From Phoronis australis (lineage: Eukaryota; Animalia; Phoronida), in assembly GCA_002633005.1 (NCBI GenBank), contig NMRA01000765.1, forward strand, positions 34,925-98,924: a stretch of DNA of 64,000 nucleotides, read 5' to 3'. Positions 38,100 to 52,148 of the stretch are shown here, one piece after another (positions within the stretch are counted from its first letter, which is position 1; the number at the start of each line of letters is the position of its first letter). The position numbers were made by a program, and so were the translations under genes. The notes under the pieces are model-generated. The model worked only from the letters and a program-made list of their open reading frames with translations. It searched no databases and was not told where the DNA came from.

Positions 38100-41000
38100 A
38101 TTGGAAGCAGCCATTAACGCAAGAAGAGCATCATGGGCAAAACATATAATAACGTTAATAGTAATGCCATCTGGTGACCAAGCTATCGAGTAACGAACAA
38201 GCTATAACACTTCCCCCCTTAAGTCCTGTCCATATGGAAAAAAAAGGTTAATTACTTTAGCAACTACAAGTGTCAACTTAATCAAAAGTCTCTACCACAA
38301 ATGCATTTGGCAATGTTCTATCTTAATAACACTTAAATTACAAGTCCAGTCAAACCGGTGGTTTCACAACCCTCAAAGAACATCTGGGTGCAGGCACCGT
38401 TTTATCCGACACAGTTGGCTCGGTTACAGTCGACTTGATCAGTTGGGGTTTCCACAGTTTTTTCGAATGTTTTTGGTACAATAACACCATCAGATATCAC
38501 CGCAGGTTCCACCATGGCAGACTTTGGAATCACAGCTTCACGCACGTCATTCTCCAACAACGGTAATATATGGTCAATGTGTCGCCGCATAACACGACCA
38601 TCCAACAATTCGACCTCTGATACGACACTGGCCAAGAGGGTACAATAACAGTGGCTTTAAGCCAATTTTCACCAACAGTACCAAAATTTTTCACAAGTAC
38701 TTTATCACCCGGAGTAAACACGCAGTCGCCACGACCATTGTTCTGATCATGATAGTCCTTCTGCATCCATTGTCTTGGACGTTTGCGTGGGTCACATGTT
38801 GTCTAGACAAGACCGTATTCTTCTACGGAACAACATGTCACAAGGTGGTTCACCAGTTGTGCTATGTACGTTAAGCGGTACCACATATAAGCAGCTTGTT
38901 TAATCTTGTCGATAAAGCCCACCCTTGGTTTTTTGAAGTCCGTCCTTGACCACCTGTACCGCCTGTTCGGTCAGTCCGTTTGACACGGGGTGGTAAGGAG
39001 ACACAAGTAGTTGTTTCACAAAATTGCTGTTCAAAAAGTCACGAAATTCCTCACTTGTGAAACATGATGGATTGTCACTAACAACCGAACGTGGCACACC
39101 ATGATCTGCGAACGATTTTCGCATGCTTTCGATTGTCGCAGCAAATGACGAAGTATGGTTCACGTGCACATCAATCCACTTTGATTTTGCATCAATCACC
39201 ACTAACAGCATTTTGTCTTAGAAAGGACCTGCATATTATCAACATGCAGACGTTTCCACAGTTCCAGTAGCTCCACCCACAGCTGTAGTGGAGCCTCAGC
39301 AGGCATTTTCCTGCCGTGTTGACAGTCCGAACAATTTTTAACTATCGTTTCTCTCACTGTCCATTTTTAGCCACCAAATGTAACCTCTCGCCGGGGCCTT
39401 CGCTCGCGAAATCCCCAGATGAGTTTTGTGTAGCTCATTCAGTACGCGAGAACAGAGTGACTTAAGGGGTTAATAAGTACAAGACGACAACCCCATAAGA
39501 CACAGCCATTGTCCACACTAAGTTAATTGCGACGAACATAATACCGTTGGTAACGTTCATCAGTCACTTTAGATGGCCAACCGAATCTCACACGATGTAG
39601 TACAGTTAATACACTATCTCTGGCTGTCAATCGTTTCACATTACGCATGTTCGTGGTTGACAAAGTCTCCTTCAACCAGTTCACTTGGCCTGGCATCTCC
39701 ACTTGAGCTGGAGATTCAAGGATAGGCAACCAGCTAAGTCCATCAGCATTAGCCAGCTTCGCTCCCGGTTTGTACCGAATTGCATAATTGTATACGGACA
39801 GAATGAGCGACCACCGTTTCAAGCAGTTCGAGGTCATCTGCCGGATAGCCTCGTCGGTTCCAAAAATTCACATCAGTGGCTTATGGTCCGACTCAATAAC
39901 AAATGTACGTCCATACAAACACTGATGGAATCTACTAAGTCCGAAAATGAGACGTGGTACCTTCCTTGTCCAGGTGACTATAATTATTTTCTGCAGCGTT
40001 TAAGGTGCGAGACGCGTAAGCAATGGGGTGCTCTGAACCATCACTGTCTACATGAGTGATAAACGCACCGAGACCATAGGGAGACGCATCGCAAGCGAAC
40101 ACAATCGACTGTAGAATGGTGCTAAGTGCGTAGATGCATCTCGAATATATTTGCAATAATAGTTCACCATTCCAAGATAAGCAAGCAATTCTGAGACATT
40201 TTTTGGAGCCGGTGCATCGTGAATACCTCTAACTTCATCATCAGTAGGGTGAAGCCTCTCTTTGTCAATACGATGACCAAGATAGACGATCTCGTCCTAA
40301 GAAGCTACACTTTGCACGATTTAGTCTCAGACCGGCATCTCAAAGTTTGAGTAACATTGCGTTTAAGTTCGCCAAATGTTCTTCCCGAGATTTGCCAGTC
40401 AACTATATCGTCAAGATAGATGACCTGTGACTCCTGGCAACCCTTGCAAAAGGTTATCGATGGCGCATTGCCAAATCTCTGGGTGAACCCCAAATTGTAA
40501 CCGTGTATATTTGTATTACCCACGGTGGATGTTAATTACCAAATACTTCTGCAACGTTTCATCAACCGGTATCTGCAAATATGCATAACTCATATCGAGC
40601 TCACTAAACTGGCAACCCTGCGCCAGCCTCGCTTCTAGTTATTCGATTTTCGGAACGGGATACTTATCAAGCAGTGCTTCCTTATTAACAGTGACGAGAA
40701 AATCTCTGCACACGCGTATCTTACCGTTAGACTTCCCGACCGGTACTATGGGCATGGCCCATTAAGAAAATTGTACCTACACTGGACTACTCCAGACAAT
40801 CTAGCTCATCGTCCACTCATGCCTGAAGGGCATCGGGTACGGGTCGGGCTTTGAAAAACTGAGGACGCGCATCACCAGGCATGTGGATTTTAGCCACATC
40901 ACCTGTCAAGTTACTAAGTTCGTCCTCAAATAAATGCAAAAACCCAGTCAACAGATCATCTAGATCATTTGTGAATACTTTGTTAACTGATTCCCTGAGT

Positions 41001-41580
41001 CATTCATGACTGTCAGAGTTTTCCTGGCTAATCAACGTTTGCAAGAGCCTAAGTGTCTACCTCAAACTGGAGAGGTTTACCATGGATAATGAGAGTTGTG
41101 ACGATTGGAGACTACTCCACCTTCCTGCCCATGGACTTTGTTTAACAGGTACTGAGGCTCGGACACATGGTACGTGCTCTTACCTTTTGGCTTATTTTTT
41201 GTGGTTTTGGGGTCCGAAAAACATTTCTTCTGTAGGTGACTCTTCTTACCGCACCTATGGCACTCAGCCTCCTTAAGCCTAACATATCTCTGGTTCGTGC
41301 TTTACACCTCAGCGAAAACACACTTTCGTCTGACTCTGCTGCTCTTTCTCCTTCTGCTTTTGACCCTCAACATAGTGTATGCTACCAACTGTCCCACATT
41401 GCTGATGACCGTTTTCAGTGCCGTGCACGTTTCTAGTGCCTTAGAAAATGTCAAGTTTTCTGTAGCTAACAAGCGTTTTTGCATGTCTTGATTTTAAACA
41501 CCACAGACCAACCGATCACGCGACATGTCCTCAAGTGTCTCACCAAATTCACACTTTGCTGCAAGTTGATGTAAACATGC
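38100..41580 (-). mobile_element. Degenerate Gypsy/Ty3 LTR retrotransposon (gag-pol remnants, PPT, start of 3' LTR)
   Basis: RT IYLDD, RNase H CDASPYGLGA and NADGLS, integrase VVIDAKSKW..SDN..FTSEEF..PYHP.SNG, in the order RT-RH-IN; PPT aaggggggaag then TGTTA at 38209; many stops; left boundary approximate. Confidence 0.92.
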
Positions 41581-42004
41581 CGTGTACTGAGCAATCGATT
41601 TGTCCATTTTGTAAGACATTTTACGGTATTATTATTCTACAAAGACTATGGATGCCCTTCCATATAGTTGTGCTCTGTAGTATTTTTGTAGATATTTTAC
41701 TTTTACTGATATACAAGTCACGAAAATTTCTGTATGAAGTTCTTCCCGTAGTGCATAGTGTTATACACAGTAGTTAGTAACTGCATAGCAGAACTAATAA
41801 AAACATTTTTATGCTGTGTGACACTGTGCATCTTGGTACCTGGTCATTTTGGACAGGTTCTGCACCTTATACAATCCGCGAATATTTACTTTTCTTTTGC
41901 TTTTGTCTATTTCGGTATTAAGAAGTGATTTTAACCAATATTACATTTTTATTACATCATGTTTATTCTGTCTTCACAGTGATTTGGGAAGTGATGCTCT
42001 GACA

Positions 42005-45000
42005 AAGGCTTTCAAGCAGTTTTGGGCAAAAAAGTAGGAAAAAAGTAGGACACGTTTTCAAAAAAAAGTAGGAACTGTGGAGTGAAAAGTAGGAAAAAGT
42101 AGGAACAAGAGCAAGCGTTCAGGAGTAGTTTTCAACGATATTTACCAAATGAACGACGTTCACCTCATGTCAGAGGCAGTAATCACCATTAGTTGGAGAG
42201 CTAGCAAGACTTTATTCACACTTTTGAGTGCAAAAGGTTTGACTGAGTAATTTTATTGTACGTCACCTACCAATGAAAGAAAGAGGCTTCTTAAGGGTGT
42301 TGATCCCGAGGGGTCCAAAAGAGGACTCAAATGTCTATTTAATTAAATTTAGAGTGCAACATCCCTTACAAGTTCATTTGATGCAAATCACCACTCAAAT
42401 AAAAATGATTCAACTTAAAACGCGAAAATGCCTGGGGTTACTAATTAAGACGCCTACTATTTAATAACCAATTAATGATTTATTTAAACTTTTAAGAGCA
42501 ACAAAAAATATTTTTCCAAAAGACAGCTTAGTAACTCTGGACACCTTATTTACAAATTAAGACACGATTTTCCCTCGGGATTGCCGATAAGTTGGGAGTG
42601 TTTGGACTCCAAGAGATTAGAAGACCCTCAAAAATGAACTTGTGTAAAAGAGGAAATACAAATTTCTTATTATTGCTATGATGAAACATTATTTCAATTA
42701 ACAAAAATACACCTTATGACGAACAACTCTTGTGTTATTGAATGATTAAGACACCATATTATTACCTAACACCCAGTTAATAATTTCTTTAAACTTTTAA
42801 GTGCAACAAAAATTCTTTTTTTAAAAGATTGTTTCAGTACCTCTGGACACCATATCCACAGCTCAAGGCTGGTTTTCCTGGGGTGCATAGATAAGAGGGG
42901 GCTGTTTTGATCCCAAGGGATAAGAAACCCCAAAATGAACTTGTGTAAAAAAGAAAAATACAACAATTTTTTATTCCTACTATGCATAAATCATATTATT
43001 TCAAATGAACAAAAATACATTTGAAGATATGACCAATTTACTATCAAATACAACAAAAATGAAGCAAAAGCATAAGTTAGGATACATCTGAAACTAAATA
43101 TAAGCTAGCTTCAAATTAGAGCAAAACTGCTTGAAGCATATCTAGTGGCAACAAATGAAAGTACATGGGATTGTGATGCATGACACAGTCTATTGTTTCA
43201 TAAGATAAAACCGGAATCCAAAAGGTAATAATTATTCACTCTGCTGTAATTTAACTCCAAACATTTAAGTCGTGATCATCCCCACTCTCTTCATCAGATG
43301 ATTCCATATCTCTTGTTAGAGGATCATGATCTTCGTCTACATCGCTGTTGATACCGTCATCTCTCTCAGCATCGTCACCATTGTCATCTGGCTCTGTTTT
43401 GATTTGAACATCTGGAATGAGCGCAGGGTCCATCTGTTCTCCACTGAATCAAATGATACAAAATTCGCCCTCAACATTTTCCCATCTATTGGTGGGTATT
43501 ATGTCAAAAATTTGGAGATGAGCGCTATCTCATAGACTCGCAGCAAATGCACTTCTATCTATGTGAAGTGCTAGTTCAGCATGATGGAATACTGCTGCCC
43601 TCGATGTTTTTAAGCTTCTCAAATGGGTGCTTAGCATTGACTTTGGTTTGTAGGTTTTGTCAACCACACTGAACCGGTGCTTGTTTAGTTGAACAAGTTT
43701 CTGTGCTCTGTACAACACACAAAACAAAATCCTGCAAGATTTTGATGACTTTTTCTGTTGGAACATCGCGGTTTAAAGAAGCAAAAGCTCCCTGGAACTC
43801 ATTGCATATGGCCTGTTCTTTCCTTACCAATGCACAGGTATAGTCACATCCAATGAACGCGTGTAAGCCAATGTATTAGTTACGTATAACGTAGATTGCC
43901 TTGTCCTCTAGTCCCATCCTTCATCCACACCGTGGATGTAACTCTATGGACATGGTGGAACAACACTAGAATGTTGGTGTCAGAACCTCTTATCACGATG
44001 TCGAAAGGTGTGGGCTTGACTGCCTCAATTATGTGAAGGGTGACTCTGATGTTGGCTTCAGAGTAATTACAATACAGAGGTGGAACTGATTTTGTGCATA
44101 CTTCTCCATCTTCAACAAAGTACCAAGTGCCCTGTCCCATCACTCACCTATATACTTCCCTTCCATCTAGAAGAGGACTGTAGAAGTTGCTCAACCAATC
44201 CTTGGCAAGAAGCAACGCTAGCTCTCGTTTGAATATCTCCCACTCGAGTTATTTCATGAACCAAGTCTCCTTTCTTTTCAAATCCTTTTCTAACATGTTC
44301 GCCTCCTACAACAAGGTATTATTGTCCCTCGGGGTCCAAACAACCCTGTCTTATCTATAAACTCCACCAAAAACTGCGTCTTAAGTTGTGGATATGGTGT
44401 CCAAGTTTGCTAAACTATCTTTTGGAAGAGAATTTTTGTTGCACTTAAAAGTTTAAATAAATTGTTAACCGGTCGTTAATTAAAATGTGTCCAAATTAAT
44501 GCACAAGGATTTTTTGTCTTAAGTTGTATTTTTGTTCATTTCAAATAATGTTTCATCTATAGCAGAAATCAGAATTGTCGTATTTCCTCTTTTGTACAAG
44601 TTCATTTTTGGGGGTCTTGTTATACTCCAGGAAAAATGAAGTCTTAAGTTGTGATTATGGTGTCCACAGTTACTAAGCTATCTTTTATAAAAGAACTTTT
44701 GTCCCCACTTAAAAGTTGAAATAAATTGTTGATTGGTTGTTAATTAGAAGGCATCTTAATTAATATACCCAAAGAATTTTCACATCTTAACTGGCATCAT
44801 TCTAATTTGAGTGAAATATAATGGATTTTTGGGTACTCTTTTGGACCGCCCTAGGGAACAAAGCCCAGGATTGTGAAAATAAGATGCCCATTTCCTTCAA
44901 TGAAAAATGATTTACAATAGAATTATGAACTCAAACCTTCTGCACTCATAAGTGTGAATAAACTCCTGCTGGCTGGTCTTTTGGTAAACATCACTTGTGC

Positions 45001-45165
45001 TGGAGTAAATACTTCATGTGCTGCTCCTGATAACCTAAAACTCACTACTGCAAAAACATAGCTAAGATCGAAATTTTACAGCTATGAGAAAAAAGTAGGA
45101 AAAAGTAGGAAATATTAGGAATTTCAGAAAAAAAGTAGGAAAAAGTAGGAACGGTTAAAAGCCTG
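42005..45165. mobile_element. DNA transposon relic with short TIR, AAAAGTAGG subterminal arrays, long internal inverted repeats and a 7-bp TSD
   Basis: tctgaca at 41998-42004 and 45166-45172; ends aaggctttcaa / ttaaaagcctg; about 42130-43020 is inverted relative to about 44320-45010. Confidence 0.75.
43251..44270 (-). pseudogene. Degenerate XPG/PIN-like nuclease ORF of the kind found in Academ-type transposons
   Basis: EANIRVTLH..IVIRGSDTNILVL (EEAD..DTD-like), HAFIGCDYT (H3TH-like), acidic C-terminus; frameshifted. Confidence 0.6.
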
Positions 45166-46196
45166 TCTGACATCATCATTTATAAACCTCACTTTTGCTC
45201 AAGAAGTGCGTTATGTTACTTTGTAAACACTGTTTGCTTTTAATAAAATATTTTAAAAAACTAACAACCTTGTTACTTTCTTTTGTGATTGGCAATCAAA
45301 TGTCAAATCAATTTGATTTTGAAGCAGTGAATTTTAAATCCAAATTTGCCTGCCATGGTTTAGCTTACTTAATTTCAATATTTACCTTTGCCTCCAGGTT
45401 AAGATTCATTGTCTTACTGTATGATTATGATTGATGAAAATTTAAAAAATTTGCGAACACGGTATCTCAAAAACATTTTACAAGACTCAAATGAAACAGA
45501 CACCATGCTATCAACGTTGTTCTCCAAACTAAACGGGCTTGTTTTTGAATAGATACTGTAAAAAATTGAGGCTTTAATTAATGATTTTTATAAAAATATT
45601 GGGTTTTCATTTTAAAAGCCGCATAAAATAAAAAGGACACTTTGAAAACTGATTTTGAGATCTATTCAAGAGTATTTATAAGTGAAATGAAAGTTGGCAA
45701 TGCTGATAAAGCTTTTTCTTTCCTGCAACTTTGTTTCTTTCCTAAATTTTCATAACAAATGTTCATGTGAAGGCAGATTTGTGTCGAGTAGAAACTAAAT
45801 TCTACAATATTTCTATTTCCCGAAAACCTGTACTTTTTCTGAATATTTTAGAATTTTGTAGAAAATGTGACTATAAGCACATGCTTCCTGCTGAGGTTGT
45901 TCACCAGAAATTATCACAATTCTCTATACTCTTTGTACTATGCAACTTAATTTTTACACCATAATAGCAACAGTTGTGAATGACCTCATGACCTGAGAAA
46001 GTAGTTCCCTGAAAGTCAGTTATCTTCTGCTGAGCTGGACAATAGGTCACACATGGTGCATTAGATGGGTAATAAACTTGGGGCAATAATGTGTGCCCTA
46101 AACTGTCACCAAGGTTTCACCAAGGTTTGCTACCATATGACTTTGACACATAAATGAAACAAAACAATGAACAGAAATTTGTTAAGACTAGCCTAC

Positions 46197-46747
46197 TTTG
46201 TTGTCAGACACTTGAAGACTTGGTTGGGTTGACAGTGGAGACCCCTCTTGTACACCCACAGGTTGAACCAACACGTGCATGGAGGATGGAATCTGAACAG
46301 CAATTTGGAGGTTCTCATCCTCATTCTCCACCATCTCATTCCACAAGGGGTCGCTAGGTTTTGGCAGTGGTTCAACCACACCGACGCTCAATACAGTTGT
46401 CTTCAGGGCTTCATCAATCTTGCCAAGCTGAACAGCGCTGATGAGGGCTGCGGAGGCATTGACAAGACTTCCGTAACTCATGGCGTCGGGTGCAGTCTCA
46501 TTAATTGCCACCTTATCAGAGGGCGGATCTCCAATCTCAATCTCAACAGCTACGGAACCTGTGCTGCGCTTGAGCCGGCTGTCCTCTCTCACAATCTTGA
46601 CAATGCGAATCTTATGGGCTGGTACACCGAGGAACGTGGCCAAATTGTTGACGAGATTTTTTCCAAAGAAGTCATCAACGGCAATTTGGGGAAGGTCAAG
46701 AGACACAGTGACCACCTCCTTAGTTCTGATGACGACAGATTCTCTGC
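46197..46747 (-). CDS. PKHD1L1: PKHD1L1-like gene exon (GRESVVIRT...DDFFGKNLVNNLATFL...RLKRS...EIEIGDPP...QPSLQVSDNK)
   Basis: ctatag acceptor, gtaggc donor, 551 nt, phase 1 to 0; strong match to recalled PKHD1L1 (NLVKNLALFL, EIEIGDPP, PLPSPSD). Confidence 0.95.
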
Positions 46748-47263
46748 CTATAGCGGGAGACAAAGAATTACCATTTACCGTCTGAAAACTGTGAGATACA
46801 CACTAAAAACATTTTTAGAAAAACAGAGATGGTAATCATACCAAAAATGCTTTGCCGCCACACCCCACACACCATCGTGACATGAGTGTCCCTCATGTGT
46901 CCAAAGGTATGGTCTTGGCATTGCTTTAGTCTGACACAAAGCACAGCTAAGGTGCAGGAACATGAATACAGACAGGTACCAACAAGTCAGCCTCAAAGTT
47001 TTTGGATTTACTTTTAAAAATGACATATAACATGTCGTCCATACACGTCATTAGGGTCATGATAGGTATGGCCAAAATTGTCCTACTTTTCCAACTTTGG
47101 TTGTGCCTGGTTGTGTGCTAACGGTTTAAGTAAGTCCGTTTTTGCAAACTCCAAAACTTTGGAAGGCAAATCCACTGGGGACCACTGTTTGAAAGTATAG
47201 CACCAACACTCATGGTGTGTTACATGACGTCTCATAAATTCAAAGCAAATAAAAAATCCTCAC

Positions 47264-47548
47264 CTCTAACCAGTATATGTAGAAGATTAGTAACACGGTC
47301 GAACCAGTTAGAACCGGACGGCATGTCAAACTTGGGTACGTATTGGCCATCAAAAGTGGGACTCTCCAAGGTCCCCCTGGCGTTGGCATTGGTAGGGTAT
47401 ATGTAAATGCCACCACTATACACATCCAATCGAAGAGGAGTGGAGAAATAAATTTTGATGACAACAGTGTCTGTTTCGGCAGGATTCAACAGCCCAACAC
47501 GCAGATTCTGAGGACTGACGGCAGAAAAGTACATGTCGTAGACTCGAT
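47264..47548 (-). CDS. PKHD1L1: PKHD1L1-like gene exon (NRVYDMYFSAVSPQNLR...RLDVY...LHILVR)
   Basis: ttttag acceptor, gtgagg donor, 285 nt, phase 1 to 1; SPQNLR and RLDVY motifs. Confidence 0.95.
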
Positions 47549-48303
47549 CTAAAATATGTGATTGCAGTGGCGTTTTACATGAGAAATGATATGATGCTAA
47601 TTCAATGTGTCCATAAGTTGTGCGAAAAAATAATTACATCAATTTGCACAAATATTGCAGAGAAACATCAGCTTACGCTTATCATCATTATCATCGTTTA
47701 ACTATAGGAATAAATGGCGTCACATACACTACGTAAGTAACTTAAGGGCTCGGCATTAGGTAATAAATGCTCAAAAATACGAGCCAAAAAAAGGAAAATA
47801 CAAGTAAATAAACTTAATTGACCTCACTCATTTAGGCAAAGACAGTCACCCCGATCACCTACGACCTTTGAAATATTGAAGTACACAGACCGGAACTTCA
47901 AAGAGCATTTGTCGTAACCATAGGCTAGTTGCTAAAGCCAAAGTTAGATTGGCAATCTCTAACAGACACCTGCATTTCAAATGTCATCACAGTTGTTGAA
48001 GATGCAAACTAGACAAATCTAAGCGCAAACTCCTTCCAGTTGTTTGTGACCCAAGGCAGTTGACACCCGGTCTCTGAAATGGGTGAAATCGGAAGGAAAG
48101 ATTCATCATATTTACACTCTGTGATATATCTGTAACCTATGACAGACTTTCTACAAAACTGTGGGGCCTTGCTATCAAACTTTGTTGTTAAATTATGATC
48201 ATTTTACAGAAAATTGTGCTAAAATCCCAGGGCAAAAACTCGCTGACTAATACATAACTGTCTCGCAATCGCCGATATGGCAACTTAAATGCTTGACTAA
48301 AAA

Positions 48304-49431
48304 TATGATCGTCATGAGCTGTCTTACAACATCTCTTGTGGGGCTTTTTATTGCCCATCTTACCAGAGATTACCTATTATTTACCTAATATATTCATTTT
48401 ATTGTAATTGTGCTAGTCATAATTGTCAGAATAAATATTGATTAAGTAATTAGTAAGAATAGATCCATTTTAAGTTGCCCAAAATTTGTGCATATGTACT
48501 TTTAAATCACGGGGTCAGACTTGTTGACATGTATTTTAACGTCAAATTCTATTTTTAGATGGTGTTTACAACTTTGGGTTCTGGGGTCAAAGTACTCTAG
48601 AGATTCTAGAATATTCTGAGAACAAATTGTAACAGCCAATAATATAAGTGGATATGACCATGTGTTTTTTATTAGCCAATCACTAAATAAGTAGAATGTT
48701 ATATTATGGGCTGAAATCAGCAAGATAATCAGATGCGCTAAAGTAGTTGAAGCATAAAGACTTGCTACGGTGTACAGAAGCAGTTGTACGACAGAGCCAT
48801 CTCGTGGAAGATTCTAGAAAGGATCTTGGCAAGGGCAAGGGTTAACGAACAGGAAGTTAACTAAGAGCTTGTCACTTGCATTGTGGGTAGTAAGATACTA
48901 CCTGAAGTGTTGCGTCATCAGCCAGAGACTGTGACCAGCAAGAAGAATCGCGGGTAGAAGAAATTGCCTGCAAGTGTTACATCACCACAGACGGTGACCA
49001 GCAAGTACACTGTCGCTATACAGAGTGTGTGTAGTTCGAAGATTCACCAACAGGACAGACATCCAACAAGTGGAGAGTCCTAGCTTGGATAGCAGATAAG
49101 ACATTTGACTGTTTTGGTTGTTTGATTAAAGTAATCTTTAAAGAGGGCGCTAGCGTAGTTACTCTTTGTAGTTGATTACTTAATTAACAATAGGTTTCAT
49201 TTGTCTAATTAGGGGTTATCATATAATAAATTAATTACTGGATTTGATTATTCACTCTCCATCTACGCACAACTTCAAAGCATAGCTACCTTTTAAACAA
49301 ACCCACACAGACAATCGTCTGACAATAATAAATGACCTTATATCGCCTACCTCGGTATCCTTTTCATCTCTGGTAACGAGCTTGCGACGCACGTATCATT
49401 TATCTATTATTCGGGACATATGTCGATCATA
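48304..49431. mobile_element. Short TIR element (TATGATCGWCAT) split by a solo LTR; related sequence inverted at about 3490-3680
   Basis: 11 of 12 TIR bases match; interrupts the repeat homologous to 26590-27070. Confidence 0.65.
48424..49324. mobile_element. Solo LTR, 901 bp
   Basis: TGTCAGA...TCTGACA termini, 5-bp TSD ataat, and the host element rejoins across it. Confidence 0.8.
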
Positions 49432-51373
49432 AATAGTTTCAACTCAAGCAAATTACCTGAAATCCTGCTTAAGTTTTCCAAATAGCATTCCTAAGATTTT
49501 TTAAGTTCCCGTGGAGTTGGGTTTAATGGCAGGTTAAGTCCAAATCTTTGAAAGATCACGCCGTCTATGATAGTAGGCCTACCGGGTAACACAGAAAGAT
49601 CTGGACAAACACAAATGTTGTTCTCACTTGACGTTTGTTTTGAAGTTCATCTGCGTGTGTGAGCAAACGAGCGCGTGCGTGTCACCAGAGTTAAAACATA
49701 ACCTAAAGAGCTAGATGCGTAATGTGTCTCAAGAAATTACAACAAGCAGTAAAGCAGAAGGTATTTTATTCAGCACTTGCCCATCTAATCTGCTAAAAAA
49801 CATTTGACATTTGTCTCGTTAAAACCCATATTACTCGGCGTGTCGCTGGATGCGTATGTGACTGTCTGACAGTTATTTTTTGGGTGTAAGGGCGTGTTAG
49901 CATTCACAGTCAATGATCACTTTATCGGATATTTGGCTTTAAAAACTCTGATAATGATTAATTAAACAATCCCTCTTAAAAATAATTCAAAAGTTTTTTG
50001 TAGTATCAGACACTGTTGGAAAATTTATTTCTTACCGATGCTATGCTAGCTGTTGTGAATAGATAGGTCCCGAAGATTAATGTCTGCAATGACAGGTTGT
50101 AGTGCACGCTTCATGGCCACGTGCTTTTAACACCAATTTTTTTAGTCATCGATTCGCGGTTTTTACATGTACAAAGAAATTTGAAATCCTAGCTGTTGAG
50201 AGAGAAATATGTTTAATGTGTATGGGATAGATTCAATCCTGTTGACATGTGTCTGTTCTGAATGACCAGACCATAGTGGGACACGTTCCTCACAATATCC
50301 GCAAAACTTGCATTCCTTTTGAAGCATGGCGGAAGTTTGAAGTGTATAGCCATGGCCAAATACCGAAGTATACCGGCGAGGCTGGTGGTCTAGAATCTCC
50401 ACGCAAAATGATTTTTTTTTCAGAACTGCCAGATTTTGTGACAAATTGAACATTTTACTGTTGAATTTTAGCACTATCAGTAAGACATTTTTCCCATGTA
50501 CACGTTCATTTAGTGGGTGCTTATTTCAGCAAAGTCTGGAAACACGTGGGGGGCGCTTACAGGGGCATGGGCGGTTATTCGGGCAAATACGGTATATGTG
50601 AAAAAATAACGTTGAGAATACTGATTGATGCATTCATTAGTTTATTTGGTGTCCACCAGGTGGCTTTAACTCTTGGTGCGATGTGGTAATTTTGTTGTCA
50701 TAAAGAATAAAACTGTGGAGTCAAATCGTGAATTTTACGGTCTCTTACTTGATAATGGTGCCGTCTTATCAAATTGGCCAACCACAGAATTATAACAAGT
50801 GATCCTAACGTGTGCTTGCTTGGCACTGTGGAAAAAATAGGTCAGTCACATTGTAAAACATCGTTACAACAGCCTCGGATGTGAACTTAACCACTGTTAA
50901 ATATACTGCAGGTGACAGAAACAAAACAATGTCGCTGGTGACCACTGGCACTGGCGACGACCGTAATGAGTGAGGCGCTTGAAAATACGAGCTTAAAGTT
51001 GTATCACAAGTACAAGCGTCGAGCAGAGTTCCAACCTTTTTTGTTCACCACCAAATTAAGAAATATGAGTGCAAATTAATATGCTGCCACATGTGTTTTC
51101 GAGCGGATATTTTTCCCTGTGTGTGCCGAGCGCTGATACCTATTGTATTCCTATTTGGCTGATTTTTCTTTTGGTGCATACTTGTATAGATTCTAACTTG
51201 CTCAGTTAAGTCTCCAGCAATGACAATTAAGACGGTTCCTACCAAGTCCAGGATTACCTGACCAAGGTATCAGCTGGTAAACCAGTGCGACATAAAACAT
51301 TAATAAAAGCGAGTGAATTTGGGGCTGAGCAACAGAAAACCCTCTTGTTTTTTTACAGCGAAGCAAAACTCAC

Positions 51374-51625
51374 TCATTGCCATCAATGCACGGAATGTGG
51401 AAATTCTCTTGAGGCATGTATACCCTGAACACAAAGATTGGTCCTGACCACCATTCAACAAGTCAATATAGCCACCGGTTGCTATGGCAACTGGAGAGAT
51501 CCGGCGTGTCTCGGTATCGGCATCCAAGCTCTGAATGATGGCCACGGCATAGTTAATACCCACACACTGGTAGGCATTCCAAGACGTCTTGAAAGTACAT
51601 TCATTATTGTCCCCTCGGTAATGTC
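51374..51625 (-). CDS. PKHD1L1: PKHD1L1-like gene exon (GHYRGDNNEC...DADTETRRISPVA...CSGYTCLKRISTF)
   Basis: ttttatccag acceptor, gtgagt donor, 252 nt, phase 1 to 1; hallmark fibrocystin-L motifs. Confidence 0.97.
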
Positions 51626-51885
51626 CTGGATAAAATTTTGTTATCACATAACTAATGTAAACATAGCCATGATAAAACCATAATGTTCTCTCAACGCCTT
51701 AAAGAAAGAGCCCTCCATTCAGTGTCACAGGATTTTCTTTAAAGTCAAGAGGTAAAAGTTGGATTCAAACACTCAAACAATAAATTACAGTGAGTCATGC
51801 AGACCTACTATAATGTGATGATGTTAAAACAATTGACCATATACTTCATAAATCAATGTCTAGACGAAAGAAGTAGTTACAATAC

Positions 51886-52148
51886 CTTTGTTTGGGAACA
51901 GGTCCTTGGCTTCCAGTTTAGCACCTGACTTTGCATCAGTTAACATGGTCTTGGGGATGCGATAGTCACCCAAGCCCCAGCTCGGATTACCGTCCCACTG
52001 ATCTTCAGATTTAGATATGACAGCGACAGGACCCTGAGGTGGTGGGCTGCTAGTGCCGCAGGTGTAGAATGTTCCATCCTGGTCATTGATGAACAGCTGT
52101 TTCATACCGTCACAGATCATGTCCACACAGTCCCACAGTGTGACCATC
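51886..52148 (-). CDS. PKHD1L1: PKHD1L1-like gene exon (DCVDMICDG...WDGNPSWGLGDYRIPKTMLT...PNK)
   Basis: ttttttccag acceptor, gtattg donor, 263 nt, phase 2 to 1; hallmark motifs. Confidence 0.97.

Noticed and set aside
46248-46835. Long plus-strand ORFs (195 aa and others at 20747, 24512, 30543, 35599)
   Set aside because: Antisense shadows of real minus-strand exons
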